A DNA stretch of 64,000 nt from Thermoanaerobaculia bacterium. Lineage in GTDB: Bacteria; Acidobacteriota; Thermoanaerobaculia; UBA5066. The notes beneath the pieces were generated by a model that made no database searches, had not been told where the DNA came from, and saw only the letters and a list, made by a program, of their open reading frames with translations. The stretch is from positions 160,001 through 224,000 of the forward strand of contig CAVRAY010000002.1 of NCBI GenBank assembly GCA_963719225.1, written 5' to 3'. Positions 18,867-29,240 of the stretch are shown here, one piece after another (within the stretch, counting starts at the first letter, position 1; each line of letters begins with the position of its first letter). A program made the translations under genes and the position numbers.

Positions 18867-20548
18867 CCGCACGCGAGGCGCTCCTCACGCTCGAGAGACT
18901 CCGGACCGCCGCGGGCGAAGACGCGGCTCTTCGGAAGAGAGCCTGCCTCGCGGTCCTCGCGCGGCGGTCCCTTCGCGGCGCGCGCCCCGTGGCGCGCCTC
19001 CATGAAGCGCTCTGCTACCTCCGCGCCTATCCCGACGACGCCGGGGTCCTCACAGACGTCGTCGGGATGCTCGCGCGCTTTTCACAGCGCCACGACCTTC
19101 GCCGCGCCCGCCGCGTGCTCGAAAGCTCCGGGATCGCGGGCACGGCCATCCGCTTTTCCTTCTACGCCGGCACGGCCCGCTGGCTCGCCGCGCGGTGGGG
19201 GAACCGCCTCACGGTCGACTGGAAGAAGTTCGCGAACGCGGACGCGCTCGAGGGCGTGTTCCCGCTCATCTCGCTCTTCGCCGAGACTCCGGGACTCGAC
19301 GAGCTGGACCTCGGCGTCCGCGGCTGGGTGAAGCGCCTGAAGGGGCCTCTCGAGACGGACGCGGTGTTCCTCGTCCGCCGGCTCGCGACGCTCGGACGCG
19401 ACGCCTTCGAGAACGAGTGGGCCTACGAAGGGCTCGAGCTGCCGCTGGTCCTCGCGCCCGGGAGGGACGGCCCTTCGCGCACCCAGGCCGCGATCCCCGT
19501 CCCCGCCGTCAGCTTCCAGACCGCGCCGCTCGACAGCGGCCGGCCGGACGTCGCGCGCGAAGTCGCGGTCCCGCCCCTGCGCGTCGTGCCCGCGCGCGGC
19601 GACGAAGCCGGACGCCTCCTGGACCTCGCGCGCGAATCCATGGTCACGAGAGAGCGCGATCTCGACGTCTTCCAGTGGGGCGACCGCCGCGACGTCCGCC
19701 TCGCGCACTTTCCGGACGGCCTCACGTTCGTCGTGATCGGCGCGGTGCCCGAGCGGCGTCTCCTCCTCGAGTCCGTCTACGGCTTCCTGACGCTGAAGAA
19801 CGGCGTCCCCGTCGGCTACGTCCTCGTGAGCGCGCTCTTCGGGTCCTCGGAAATCGCGTACAACGTCTTCGAGACGTTCCGGGGCGGCGAGTCGGGCCGC
19901 ATCTACGGAAAGGTCCTCGCGTTGACCCGGCACCTCTTCGGCCCGGACGTGTTCACGATCTTCCCGTACCAGCTCGGCGGCTACGGCAACCCGGAGGCGC
20001 TCTCTTCCGGCGCGTGGTGGTTCTACCAGAAGCTCGGCTTTCGGCCGAGGGCCCCTCACGTCGTGGCTCTCATGAACGAGGAGCTCGTCCGGATGAAGGC
20101 GGACCCGAAGCACCGGTCGTCCCTCGCCACACTGAAGGTCCTCGCCTCCGAGAACCTCTATTTCCACCTCGGGAAAGAGCGCGACGACGCGATCGGTCTC
20201 CTCGAGCTGCCGAACGTGGGACTCACCGTCACGGACATGCTGGCGCGGCGCTTCGGCTCGGACCGCGAGCGCGCCGAGGCCGTCCTGACGCTCGAGGCGC
20301 GCGATCTCCTCGGCCTCCGGTCCCTGTCGGGCTGGAGCTCGGGCGAGCGGCTCGCCTTCCGGCGCTGGGCTCCCCTCGTCACGATCCTGCCGGGGCTGGC
20401 GCGCTGGTCCGCGGCCGAAAAGCGTGGCCTCGCCGCCGTCGTGAGAGCCAAGGGAGGCCGGCGCGAGTCGGACTTCGTGCGCCTCTTCGACCGCCACCGG
20501 AAGCTGCGCCGGGCGATCACGTCGCTCGCGCAGGGCGAGCCGACCTGA
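18863..20548 (+). CDS. Hypothetical protein (561 aa)
   Basis: ATGA overlap with padR; protein-like composition; no family recognised. Confidence 0.75.
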   Translation: MTAREALLTLERLRTAAGEDAALRKRACLAVLARRSLRGARPVARLHEALCYLRAYPDDAGVLTDVVGMLARFSQRHDLRRARRVLESSGIAGTAIRFSFYAGTARWLAARWGNRLTVDWKKFANADALEGVFPLISLFAETPGLDELDLGVRGWVKRLKGPLETDAVFLVRRLATLGRDAFENEWAYEGLELPLVLAPGRDGPSRTQAAIPVPAVSFQTAPLDSGRPDVAREVAVPPLRVVPARGDEAGRLLDLARESMVTRERDLDVFQWGDRRDVRLAHFPDGLTFVVIGAVPERRLLLESVYGFLTLKNGVPVGYVLVSALFGSSEIAYNVFETFRGGESGRIYGKVLALTRHLFGPDVFTIFPYQLGGYGNPEALSSGAWWFYQKLGFRPRAPHVVALMNEELVRMKADPKHRSSLATLKVLASENLYFHLGKERDDAIGLLELPNVGLTVTDMLARRFGSDRERAEAVLTLEARDLLGLRSLSGWSSGERLAFRRWAPLVTILPGLARWSAAEKRGLAAVVRAKGGRRESDFVRLFDRHRKLRRAITSLAQGEPT

Positions 20549-20552
20549 CCGC

Positions 20553-22919
20553 TCAGCCCGGCGAGAGGTTCGCGTAGCGCGCCACGAACTTCTTGCGGCC
20601 CGCACGGTCGAAGTAGACGGTCAGCTTTTCGGCGTCGCCGGAGCCCTCGATCGTCAGGACGACGCCCGGACCGTAGTCCGGATGGCGCACCTTCGAGCCC
20701 CGCCGGAAGCCGGAGGCCGTGGGAGGCGGCGGCGTCCGCCGCATGACGGGTCTGACGGGCGTCAGGCTGCGCGCCGGGAAGCGCGAAGAGGGGGATGAAG
20801 ATTTCCGCCCCACCTCCTGGGATTCGTTTTCGTAGTCGGGAAACAGGGATCCGCCGCGCCCGCCGCCGAAGCCGCGTCCCGGGCCGAAGCCCCGCTCACG
20901 CGCGCCGCCTCTCTCTCCACCTTCTAAGAAATCCCCCGTTCCCCCCGTCCTTCCCCTTCCGAAACCAGAAGTCAGATCTTCCCGCTCGAGCACCGCCTCC
21001 GGGATCGCCGAAAGAAAAGGCGACGGCTCGCGGCTCATCCACTCGCCACGGACCATCCGACGGAGGACGTAGGAGAGCGTGAGGCGGTCCTTCGCGCGTG
21101 TCATGCCGACGTACGCGAGTCGGCGCTCCTCCTCGAACTGGTCGTCGTCGTCGCGCGAGGAGGCGTGGGGAAGAGAGCCCTCTTCGAACCCCGCGAGGAA
21201 CACCTCGTCGAACTCGAGGCCCTTCGCCGCGTGGAGCGTGATGAGGAGGATGCCCTTCTTCTCGTCGGCTTCGTCCGCATCGGCGCGCAGCGTCACGGCG
21301 TCGAGGAACCCCGCGACGGAAGGGTCGTCGCCTTCCCCGCCGAAGGAGGTCGTGCGCTCGTGGTCGCGGGCCGCGGCGAGGAGCTCGTCCAGATTCTCGC
21401 GGCGCGCCTCGTCCTGCGGATCCAGGGAGCTCTCGTAGAGCTTCAGGAGGCCCGTTTCCTCGAGCGCAAACGCGACCGCGGCGCCGGCGACGTTCTCCCC
21501 CGCCGAGCCGAAGTCGCGCAGCTTCGCGACGAGGTCCCGAAACTCGGCGAGCGCTTTCTTCGCGCGCTCCGTGAGACTTTCGGGGAGCGCGTCGAGGACC
21601 TCGAGAAGAGGGACGCCGCGCTCGGACGCCGCGGCCTCGACGGCCTCCAGCGTCGCCGCCCCCACGCCGCGCGCCGGGACGTTCACGACCCTCCGGAAGG
21701 ACACGTCGTCGGACGGGTTGTTCGCGAGGCGCAGGTACGCGAGCGCGTCCTTGATCTCGGCCCTCTCGTAGAACTTGGTCCCGCCGACGAGGATGTAGGG
21801 CATGTTCGAGCGCAGGAGCTCGTCCTCGAACGGCCGGGATTGCGCGTTCGTGCGGAAGAGGACGGCGACCTCGGCCAGAGGTCTCGCGCGGCGCGCGGCC
21901 GCGATCCGGGAGACGACCTCGCGCGCCTCGTCGCGCTCCTCGTCGAAGACGGCGAGGCGCACGTTCCCGCCGCCCGACTTCGTCGCCTTGAGCGTCTTGC
22001 CGAGGCGGCGGCGGTTCTCGGCGACGACGGCTCCCGCGGCCTTCAGGATCGGCGCCGTCGAACGGTAGTTGCGCTCGAGGCGGACCGTCCTCGCCGTGGG
22101 GAACTCGCGCGCGAACTCCAGGATGTTCGACACGTCGGCGCCGCGCCAGCGATAGATCGACTGGTCCTCGTCGCCCACCACGAAGAGGTTCCCGGTCTCG
22201 CCGGCGATGAGGCACACGAGCTTCGCCTGGACGCGGTTCGTGTCCTGGTATTCATCCACGAGCAGGTGCCGGATGCTCCGCCGGAGGAGCTCGCGAACGC
22301 CGTCGTGCTTCGCGACGAGGCGGGTCGAGAGGACGAGGAGGTCGTCGAAGTCGAGGGCCTTCGACGCGCGCAGGGATCTCTCGTACGCACGCGCGATGTC
22401 CGCGAGGCGGGAGCCCAGGAAGTCGCCGAAGCGGCGCGGGAAGTCCTCCGGCTGGATCCCCTCGTTCTTGGCCTGCGAGATGCGCGACTGGATCTGCCGA
22501 GGCGTGGCTGACTTCTCGGGCAGCGCGACCTCCTTCATCGCGCGCTTCACGACCGCGAGCTGGTCGTCCGAGTCGAAGACGACGAACCCCTTCGGCACGC
22601 CCGCTTCCTCCGGGAAGCGCCGAAGGAGCCGCACCCCCCACGCGTGGAACGTCCCCACGAAAGAGCGCGGCCGCTCGGTGCCCAGGAGCGCGGCGACACG
22701 GTCTTTCATCTCGCCCGCGGCCTTGTTCGTGAAGGTGACGGCGACGACCGATTCCTGCGGCACGCCGTGCGCCACGACCCAGGCGAGCCGGCGCGTCAGG
22801 ACGCGCGTCTTCCCCGATCCCGCGCCCGCGAGGACGAGGAGCGGCCCTTCGCCGTGCGACACGGCGGCGGCCTGTTCGGGATTGAGGCCTTCGAGAAGAT
22901 CTTCCGGGCGGGCGACCAA
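20553..22919 (-). CDS. uvrD: UvrD/PcrA ATP-dependent DNA helicase
   Basis: AGAGSGKT, VDEYQD, GDEDQSIY, NYRS, TLHAAKGLEF, EERRLAYV, C-terminal Tudor-like tail; start uncertain. Confidence 0.95.
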   Translation of the reverse strand: MVARPEDLLEGLNPEQAAAVSHGEGPLLVLAGAGSGKTRVLTRRLAWVVAHGVPQESVVAVTFTNKAAGEMKDRVAALLGTERPRSFVGTFHAWGVRLLRRFPEEAGVPKGFVVFDSDDQLAVVKRAMKEVALPEKSATPRQIQSRISQAKNEGIQPEDFPRRFGDFLGSRLADIARAYERSLRASKALDFDDLLVLSTRLVAKHDGVRELLRRSIRHLLVDEYQDTNRVQAKLVCLIAGETGNLFVVGDEDQSIYRWRGADVSNILEFAREFPTARTVRLERNYRSTAPILKAAGAVVAENRRRLGKTLKATKSGGGNVRLAVFDEERDEAREVVSRIAAARRARPLAEVAVLFRTNAQSRPFEDELLRSNMPYILVGGTKFYERAEIKDALAYLRLANNPSDDVSFRRVVNVPARGVGAATLEAVEAAASERGVPLLEVLDALPESLTERAKKALAEFRDLVAKLRDFGSAGENVAGAAVAFALEETGLLKLYESSLDPQDEARRENLDELLAAARDHERTTSFGGEGDDPSVAGFLDAVTLRADADEADEKKGILLITLHAAKGLEFDEVFLAGFEEGSLPHASSRDDDDQFEEERRLAYVGMTRAKDRLTLSYVLRRMVRGEWMSREPSPFLSAIPEAVLEREDLTSGFGRGRTGGTGDFLEGGERGGARERGFGPGRGFGGGRGGSLFPDYENESQEVGRKSSSPSSRFPARSLTPVRPVMRRTPPPPTASGFRRGSKVRHPDYGPGVVLTIEGSGDAEKLTVYFDRAGRKKFVARYANLSPG

Positions 22920-22974
22920 GGGGAGCGATGGTAGCGCAGCGCGTGGGCTTAACATGGAAAGGAACGAGGACGTC

Positions 22975-23358
22975 ATGGCGGGCGCGGTACTTCTCCTCTC
23001 GGTCCTCGCGGGCACGGCGAAGCCGGCGCCCCCGAAGCCGACGCCCGCCTCGACGCTGGTCCCGGCCGTGCGGGTCCTCCGGACTCCCGCCGACGCGCCG
23101 CGCTGGACCGGCAAGCCGATCTCGCTGAACCTCAGCGACGCCGATCTCACCGACGTCCTGCGAAGCTTCGCCGAGCTCAGCGGCCTCAACTTCGTCGTCA
23201 CTCCCGAGGTCCGCGGCACCGTGACCGTGAGCCTGAAGGACGTCCCGTGGGACCAGGCCCTCGACCTCATCCTCAGGGTCAACGGCTATGGATGCGTGAT
23301 CGAGGGAAAGGTCGTCCTCATCGGCCCTCCCGCTCGGTTCGCGGACGTGCGCCGCTAG
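22975..23358 (+). CDS. Stand-alone secretin N-terminal (STN, PilQ-like) domain protein
   Basis: WTGKPISLNLSDADLTDVLRSFAELSGLNFVV...VPWDQALDLIL; no secretin barrel. Confidence 0.75.
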   Translation: MAGAVLLLSVLAGTAKPAPPKPTPASTLVPAVRVLRTPADAPRWTGKPISLNLSDADLTDVLRSFAELSGLNFVVTPEVRGTVTVSLKDVPWDQALDLILRVNGYGCVIEGKVVLIGPPARFADVRR

Positions 23359-23412
23359 CGCGATTGTACGAAAGGTATTCGCCAAACCGACCATTGCTCT
23401 AGGGGGATCTCG

Positions 23413-24454
23413 ATGAGAGCGACCGTTCTTGCCGCCACATCGGGTTTGCTCGCGGTTTCCCTCGGTAGCTCGGCGAACGCGCAGAACCTGCTCGCCAATT
23501 CCAGCTTTCACCAGGGCCTATCGGGGTGGACGGTCTACCGTGACGTACCGATCGCCCCGCGACCGGGGACGGCTTTCGGGGGTGTGGATCCGAGTTCGGC
23601 CGGCTCGGCTGGAGAAGGGTCGTATTCGGCCGCGATTAACGCGTTCGGCCACGGAGGCAGCGCTGTCGTAGGACTGAGTCAGTGCGTCCCCGTCCGTGGC
23701 GATCTCGCCTACGGGTTCGGGGCTCAGGTCCGCGTCGACTCGCTGGAAGGCCTCCTCGTCGGTCTCTTCATCGGGGTCGTGTTCGACCCGACGCCGACCT
23801 GCCGTGGATTCATCCGCCCCCCGCTGGGCTCGTCCTCAAGCAGCCTGTCGGGTCCCCTCCCCACGGCCGGCGCTTGGACCCTGGTCGCCGGGGAGGTCAT
23901 CGCTCCCTCCTGGGCTCGCCTCGGGAGAGGAGCGAGCGCTCCTGGTCAGGGCCGGCGGACTCGTCGCGATCCGCGACGTGCTCGCGACCTTCTTCTCAGG
24001 ACCGGCCGCGTATGGGGCGGTCCAAATCCTGACGGAGCCAGGCACCGTCGTGGTCAGCGAAACCTCGACGCCCTCCTCGGACGGCACCGTTGGTCAGGCC
24101 TTGCCGGCATTTGGATCCGCCGACTTTGCCGGCGCGACACCAAGGACGCTCGCGCCCATCCGCGAGAGCGCGTCCTTCCGCACGAACCTCGTCCTCACGA
24201 ACGCGGTCGCGTTCCCGGTTATCGCGCACGTCGTGCTCTTCGACGCCGACGGGACCCCGATCGGCACGCGCGACGTCGACCTCCCCCCGCTCGGTATGAC
24301 GCAGATCAACCACGTCGCCGTCGCACTCGGGGCTCCGACGCTCGATCTCGGCCGGATCGCCGTCTCGACGCCCACGCCCGGCGGCCTCGTCGCGGCGTAC
24401 GCCTCCGTCATCGACAACCTCTCGAACGACCCGCGCACGATCCTGCCACGCTGA
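23413..24454 (+). pseudogene. Secreted protein gene interrupted by a frameshift or internal deletion near 23918
   Basis: Signal peptide plus QNLLANSSF in one frame; GQALP...FRTNLVLTN...YASVIDNLSNDPRT in another. Confidence 0.6.
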
Positions 24455-24490
24455 CGCGCCCGCCGCGCGGTGCGGCATGATGTCGCGCCG

Positions 24491-25969
24491 ATGCCGTTCG
24501 TCCTCGCCCTCGACCAGGGCACGACCAGCTCGCGCGCGCTCGTCTTCGACGAGCGCGGCGCCGTGCGCGGGATGGCCCAGCAGGAGCTCCGGCAGATCTA
24601 TCCCGAGCCCGGATGGGTCGAGCACGACCCGACGGAGATCTGGGCGACGCAGTCGGGCGTGATGCACGAGGCGCTCGCGAAGGCGGGCCTCACGGGCCGC
24701 GACGTGGCGGCGATCGGCATCACGAACCAGCGCGAGACGACGCTCCTCTGGGAGCGCGCGACCTCCCGTCCCCTCGCGAACGCGATCGTCTGGCAGGACC
24801 GGAGGACCGCGGCCGACTGCGACGCGCTCCGCGCGGCCGGCCACGAGGCGACGTTCGCCGCGAAGACGGGCCTCGTCCTCGACCCTTATTTCTCCGGCAC
24901 GAAGCTGAAGTGGCTCCTCGACCACGTGCCTCTCGCGCGGGCGCGCGCCGCGCGGGGCGAGCTCGCTTTCGGCACGGTCGACTCGTGGCTCGTCTGGAAG
25001 CTCACGAACGGAGCCGTGCACGTGACCGACGCCTCGAATGCGAGCCGGACGCTCCTCTACGACATCCATGCCGGAACCTGGGACGACGAGCTCCTGGCCC
25101 TTCTCGACATCCCCAAGGAGGTGCTGCCGCGCGTCGTGCCTTCTTCGGGTGTCGTCGCGACGGCGGCTCTCGGCGGCGTGAAAGTCCCGATCGCGGGGAT
25201 CGCCGGCGATCAGCAGGCGGCCCTCTTCGGACAGTCCTGCGACCGGCCGGGCCTCGCGAAGAACACGTACGGGACGGGCTGTTTCCTCCTCCTCAACACG
25301 GGAGCGCAGGCCGTCGCCTCGAAGAACCGCCTGCTCACGACCGTCGCGTGGGACCTCGGCAGGGGCCGCACGTTCGCCCTCGAGGGGAGCGTCTTCATCG
25401 GCGGCGCCGCCGTGCAGTGGTTGAGGGACGGGCTGAAGCTCATCCCCAGAACCGCCGACGTCGAGGCGCTCGCCGCGAGCGAGAAAGACAACGGCGGCGT
25501 CTTCATGGTGCCGGCCTTCGCGGGACTCGGCGCGCCGCACTGGGATGCCTACGCGCGAGGCGCCGTCTTCGGGCTCACGCGTGGCTCGACGGCCGGCCAT
25601 CTCGCGCGCGCGGTCCTCGAGTCGATCGCCTTCCAGAGCGCCGACGTCCTCCTCGCGATGGAGAAGGACGCGGGCCTCGCGCTCACGGAGCTCCGCGTCG
25701 ACGGCGGCGCCACCGAAAACAATCTTCTGATGCAGTTCCAGTCCGATCTCCTCGGCGTCCCCGTCGTGAGGCCCGAGGTCCTCGAGACGACCGCCCTCGG
25801 CGCCGCGTATCTCGCCGGGCTCGCCGTCGGCACCTGGAAGGACACGGACGAGATCCGCGCGAACTGGAGAGTCGCCCGCCGCTTCGAGCCGACGATGGCG
25901 CGCGCTCGTGCCGCGGAGCTGCGCGCGGGATGGGAGAAGGCCGTCAGCCGCGCGAAAGCCTGGGCCTGA
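24491..25969 (+). CDS. glpK: Glycerol kinase
   Basis: [35 protein letters not shown]. Confidence 0.97.
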   Translation: MPFVLALDQGTTSSRALVFDERGAVRGMAQQELRQIYPEPGWVEHDPTEIWATQSGVMHEALAKAGLTGRDVAAIGITNQRETTLLWERATSRPLANAIVWQDRRTAADCDALRAAGHEATFAAKTGLVLDPYFSGTKLKWLLDHVPLARARAARGELAFGTVDSWLVWKLTNGAVHVTDASNASRTLLYDIHAGTWDDELLALLDIPKEVLPRVVPSSGVVATAALGGVKVPIAGIAGDQQAALFGQSCDRPGLAKNTYGTGCFLLLNTGAQAVASKNRLLTTVAWDLGRGRTFALEGSVFIGGAAVQWLRDGLKLIPRTADVEALAASEKDNGGVFMVPAFAGLGAPHWDAYARGAVFGLTRGSTAGHLARAVLESIAFQSADVLLAMEKDAGLALTELRVDGGATENNLLMQFQSDLLGVPVVRPEVLETTALGAAYLAGLAVGTWKDTDEIRANWRVARRFEPTMARARAAELRAGWEKAVSRAKAWA

Positions 25970-25972
25970 ACC

Positions 25973-27817
25973 TCATTCCACGGTGACCGACTTCGCGAGG
26001 TTGCGGGGCTGGTCCACGTCACAGCCGCGGCGGCGGGCGACGTGGTACGCGAGGAGCTGGAGGGGCACGACGGACACGATCGGCTGAAGCGCCGGATGGA
26101 TCTTCGGCATCGTCAGGAGGGCGTCGGCGAACGTGGACACGTCCGCGTCCCCCGGGTTGACGAATGCGATGACGATGCCGTCCCGCGCCTTCGCTTCCCT
26201 CAGGTTCGAGGCGATCTTCTCGTAGAGCGCGTCGTCGGGCGCGAGGCCGACGACGGGAAGAGCGTCGTCGATGAGGGCGATCGGGCCGTGCTTCATCTCG
26301 CCCCCGGGATAGCCCTCCGCGTGAAGGTACGAGATCTCCTTCAGCTTGAGCGCCCCTTCCAGGGCGATCGGGTAATGCGCGCCGCGCCCGAGGAAAAGGA
26401 CGTCCCGCGCCTTTTCGAGACGGCGGGCGACCTTCTCGATCTCGCTCTCGAGGGCGAGCGCCTCGTGGAGAACGCCGGGGAGTCGGGCCAGGCCAGCGAG
26501 AAATGCCCCGTCGACCGGGACCTCCTCGGTCGTGCGCGCGCCTTTCACGTAGTGCGCAAAGAGGGCGAGCGCGACGAGCTGCGTCGTGAAAGCCTTCGTA
26601 GACGCGACGCCGATCTCCGGTCCCGCGTGCGTCGCGATCACTCCGTCCACCAGTCGCGCGATCGCCGAGCCCGGCACGTTCACGAGGCCGACCGTGCGCG
26701 CTCCCAGGCGCCGGGCCTCCTTGAGCGCCGCCACGGTGTCCGCCGTCTCGCCGGACTGCGAGATGCCGAGGACGAGGGTCTTCTGGTCCACGAGCGGCGA
26801 GCGGTAACGGAACTCGGAAGCGTAATCGACGTCGGCGGGAATACGGGCGATTTCCTCCAGCAGGAACTTTCCGACGAGGCCCGCGTGCCAGCTCGTCCCG
26901 CAGGCCACGATCTGCACGCGGTCGATCTGCGCGAGGAGCGCGCGCGAAACGCCCATCTCCGCTTCGTTGAAGAGGCCGGTCTCCAAAGAGAGCTTGTTGC
27001 CGATCGTCTCGACGACGACCGTGGGCTGCTCGGCGATCTCCTTGGCCATGTAGTGCGGGTAGCCGCCCTTCTCGGCCGAGACGGCGTCCCACGGGACGCG
27101 CTGGGTGAGCCGCTCGTGCGGCGTCCCGTCGAACCCTGTCACGGTCACGCTGGATGCGGTCACGCGCGCGAGGTCCCCGTCCTCGAGGAAGATCAGGTCG
27201 CGCGTGTACGCGAGCAGCGCGGTCGCGTCCGAGGCGACGAAATTCTCGCCCGTTCCGAGCCCGAGGACGATCGGCGGCCCCCATTTGAGGGCATAGAGGA
27301 CGCCCGGCTCGTCCGCCGAGAAGAGGACGAGCGCGAACATGCCCTTGAAGGAAGCCGCCGTCTTCCGGACGATCTCGCCGAAAGGGGTCGTCGGGTCGGC
27401 CTTCTGCGCCGCCCCGAGCGCCTGAGCGACGACCTCGGTGTCGGTCTCCGAAAGGAACCGAACGCCCTCCTTCTGGAGCCGCTGTTTCAAGGGCAGGAAA
27501 TTCTCGATGATCCCGTTGTGAATGACGACGACGCGGCCGGAAGCGTCGCGATGCGGGTGCGCGTTCTCCTCGGAGGGGCGGCCGTGCGTGGCCCAGCGCG
27601 TGTGCCCGACGCCGAACCGGCCGGGCGGCGGATCCTGCGCGATCTTGTCCGTGAGGTTGCCGAGCTTGCCCTCGCTACGGGCGACGCGCACGACGCCGTC
27701 GTTCCCGAGGACCGCGATGCCCGCCGAGTCGTAGCCTCGGTACTCGAGGCGCTTCAGGCCGTCGAGGAGAACCGGCGTCGCGTCGCGGCTCCCGACGTAC
27801 CCGACGATGCCGCACAC
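25973..27817 (-). CDS. glmS: Glutamine--fructose-6-phosphate aminotransferase
   Basis: CGIVG, GHTRWATHG, QPRNLAKSVTVE. Confidence 0.98.
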   Translation of the reverse strand: MCGIVGYVGSRDATPVLLDGLKRLEYRGYDSAGIAVLGNDGVVRVARSEGKLGNLTDKIAQDPPPGRFGVGHTRWATHGRPSEENAHPHRDASGRVVVIHNGIIENFLPLKQRLQKEGVRFLSETDTEVVAQALGAAQKADPTTPFGEIVRKTAASFKGMFALVLFSADEPGVLYALKWGPPIVLGLGTGENFVASDATALLAYTRDLIFLEDGDLARVTASSVTVTGFDGTPHERLTQRVPWDAVSAEKGGYPHYMAKEIAEQPTVVVETIGNKLSLETGLFNEAEMGVSRALLAQIDRVQIVACGTSWHAGLVGKFLLEEIARIPADVDYASEFRYRSPLVDQKTLVLGISQSGETADTVAALKEARRLGARTVGLVNVPGSAIARLVDGVIATHAGPEIGVASTKAFTTQLVALALFAHYVKGARTTEEVPVDGAFLAGLARLPGVLHEALALESEIEKVARRLEKARDVLFLGRGAHYPIALEGALKLKEISYLHAEGYPGGEMKHGPIALIDDALPVVGLAPDDALYEKIASNLREAKARDGIVIAFVNPGDADVSTFADALLTMPKIHPALQPIVSVVPLQLLAYHVARRRGCDVDQPRNLAKSVTVE

Positions 27818-27818
27818 C

Positions 27819-29240
27819 TCAGGTCTTCTTCCCGCCGCTCTTCTTCTCGCGGTACCGCGCCCCGCCCTCGGGCACGTTCTTCTGCGGCACGCGGGAGAGG
27901 GCGAGCGCGTCCTTCTCGACGTCCACCGTCACGGTCGTGCCCGCGGCGACGATCGCGCCGTCGCCGATCGTGACCGGAGCGACGAGCTGCACGTCCGAGC
28001 CGACGAAGACGTCCTTGCCGATCGTCGTGCGGTTCTTCGCGAAGCCGTCGTAGTTGCAGGTGATCACGCCCGCGCCCACGTTCGTGCGCTCGCCGATCTC
28101 CGTGTCGCCGAGATACGTCAGGTGGTTCGCCTTGACGCCTTTTCTCAGCACGGCTTTCTTCGTCTCCACGAAGTTCCCGACGTGAACACCCTCGGCGAGG
28201 TCCGTCCCTTCGCGCAGGCGTGCGAACGGTCCCACGACGGCGCCGTCGCCGACGGCGGCCGATTCGATCACGCAGTACGGCCTCACCGTCACGTTCTTCC
28301 CGAAGACCGAGTCCTTGACGACCGTCCCCTGGCCGATCACGGTGCCGGTGCCGACGCGCGTCTTCCCGAGGAGCGTCACGAACGGCTCGAGCTCCGTGTC
28401 GGGTTCGAGGACGACGGTATCGTCGAGCGTTACGGTCTCGGGCCGCAGGATCGTCGTCCCGGTGCGCATCGCCTCGGATGCCTTGCGGTCCCGGAGGATC
28501 CGCTCGACGGTCGCGAGGTCCTCGCGAGAGTTGACACCGAGAGCGGAGGAGGGGTCGCCGGAGACGGTGACCACCTTTCGCTTCGCCTTCAGCGCGAGGG
28601 AAAGGACGTCCGTGAGATAGAACTCGGATTGAAGATTCTTAGAAGTGAGAAGAGGGAGGGATTTGTCCAGGAACGCTCGATCAAACACATAGGTCCCGGT
28701 GTTGATCTCCGCGATCTTCTTCTCATTCGCAGAAGAATCCTTCTCCTCTCTTATCCGAAGAAATCTCTTCTTCCTGTCCCGCACGATCCGCCCATAGCCC
28801 GTGGGGTTCGCGAGCGTGGCCGTCAGGACGGCGACGGCCGCCTTCTTGTCCTCGTTCAGCGCGTCGACGAGGCTCTTCACCGCGTCGGCCGTCAGGAGCG
28901 GGACGTCGCCCGAGAGGACGACGACCGTCTTCGCCTTCCCGAAGGCGCCGGCCGCAGCCGCGACCCGGACGGCATCGCCCGTTCCCCGCGGCGGATCCTG
29001 GATGGCGATCCGGACGCCCGCGTGCTTCGCCTTCAGATGCGCGACGACCGTCACATTACCCTTCGAAGAGTCTTCCTTCGGAATGATCGCCACCACCGCT
29101 GCGGCCTCGCCCGCGACGGAGACAGCGGTGTCGAGCGCGCGGTCGAGAAGCGATCGGCCCGCGGCCTCGTGCAGGACCTTCGGCCGTTCGGAGCTCATCC
29201 TCACGCCGCGGCCCGCAGCGAGGAGGACGACGACGGTCAC
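27819..29240 (-). CDS. glmU: Bifunctional UDP-GlcNAc pyrophosphorylase / GlcN-1-P acetyltransferase
   Basis: LAAGRGVRM, PKVLH, NFVETK, HLTYLGD, NYDG. Confidence 0.97.
   Translation of the reverse strand: MTVVVLLAAGRGVRMSSERPKVLHEAAGRSLLDRALDTAVSVAGEAAAVVAIIPKEDSSKGNVTVVAHLKAKHAGVRIAIQDPPRGTGDAVRVAAAAGAFGKAKTVVVLSGDVPLLTADAVKSLVDALNEDKKAAVAVLTATLANPTGYGRIVRDRKKRFLRIREEKDSSANEKKIAEINTGTYVFDRAFLDKSLPLLTSKNLQSEFYLTDVLSLALKAKRKVVTVSGDPSSALGVNSREDLATVERILRDRKASEAMRTGTTILRPETVTLDDTVVLEPDTELEPFVTLLGKTRVGTGTVIGQGTVVKDSVFGKNVTVRPYCVIESAAVGDGAVVGPFARLREGTDLAEGVHVGNFVETKKAVLRKGVKANHLTYLGDTEIGERTNVGAGVITCNYDGFAKNRTTIGKDVFVGSDVQLVAPVTIGDGAIVAAGTTVTVDVEKDALALSRVPQKNVPEGGARYREKKSGGKKT

Noticed and set aside
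27818-27900. glmS ribozyme
   Set aside because: glmS starts 1 nt after the glmU stop, leaving no leader.
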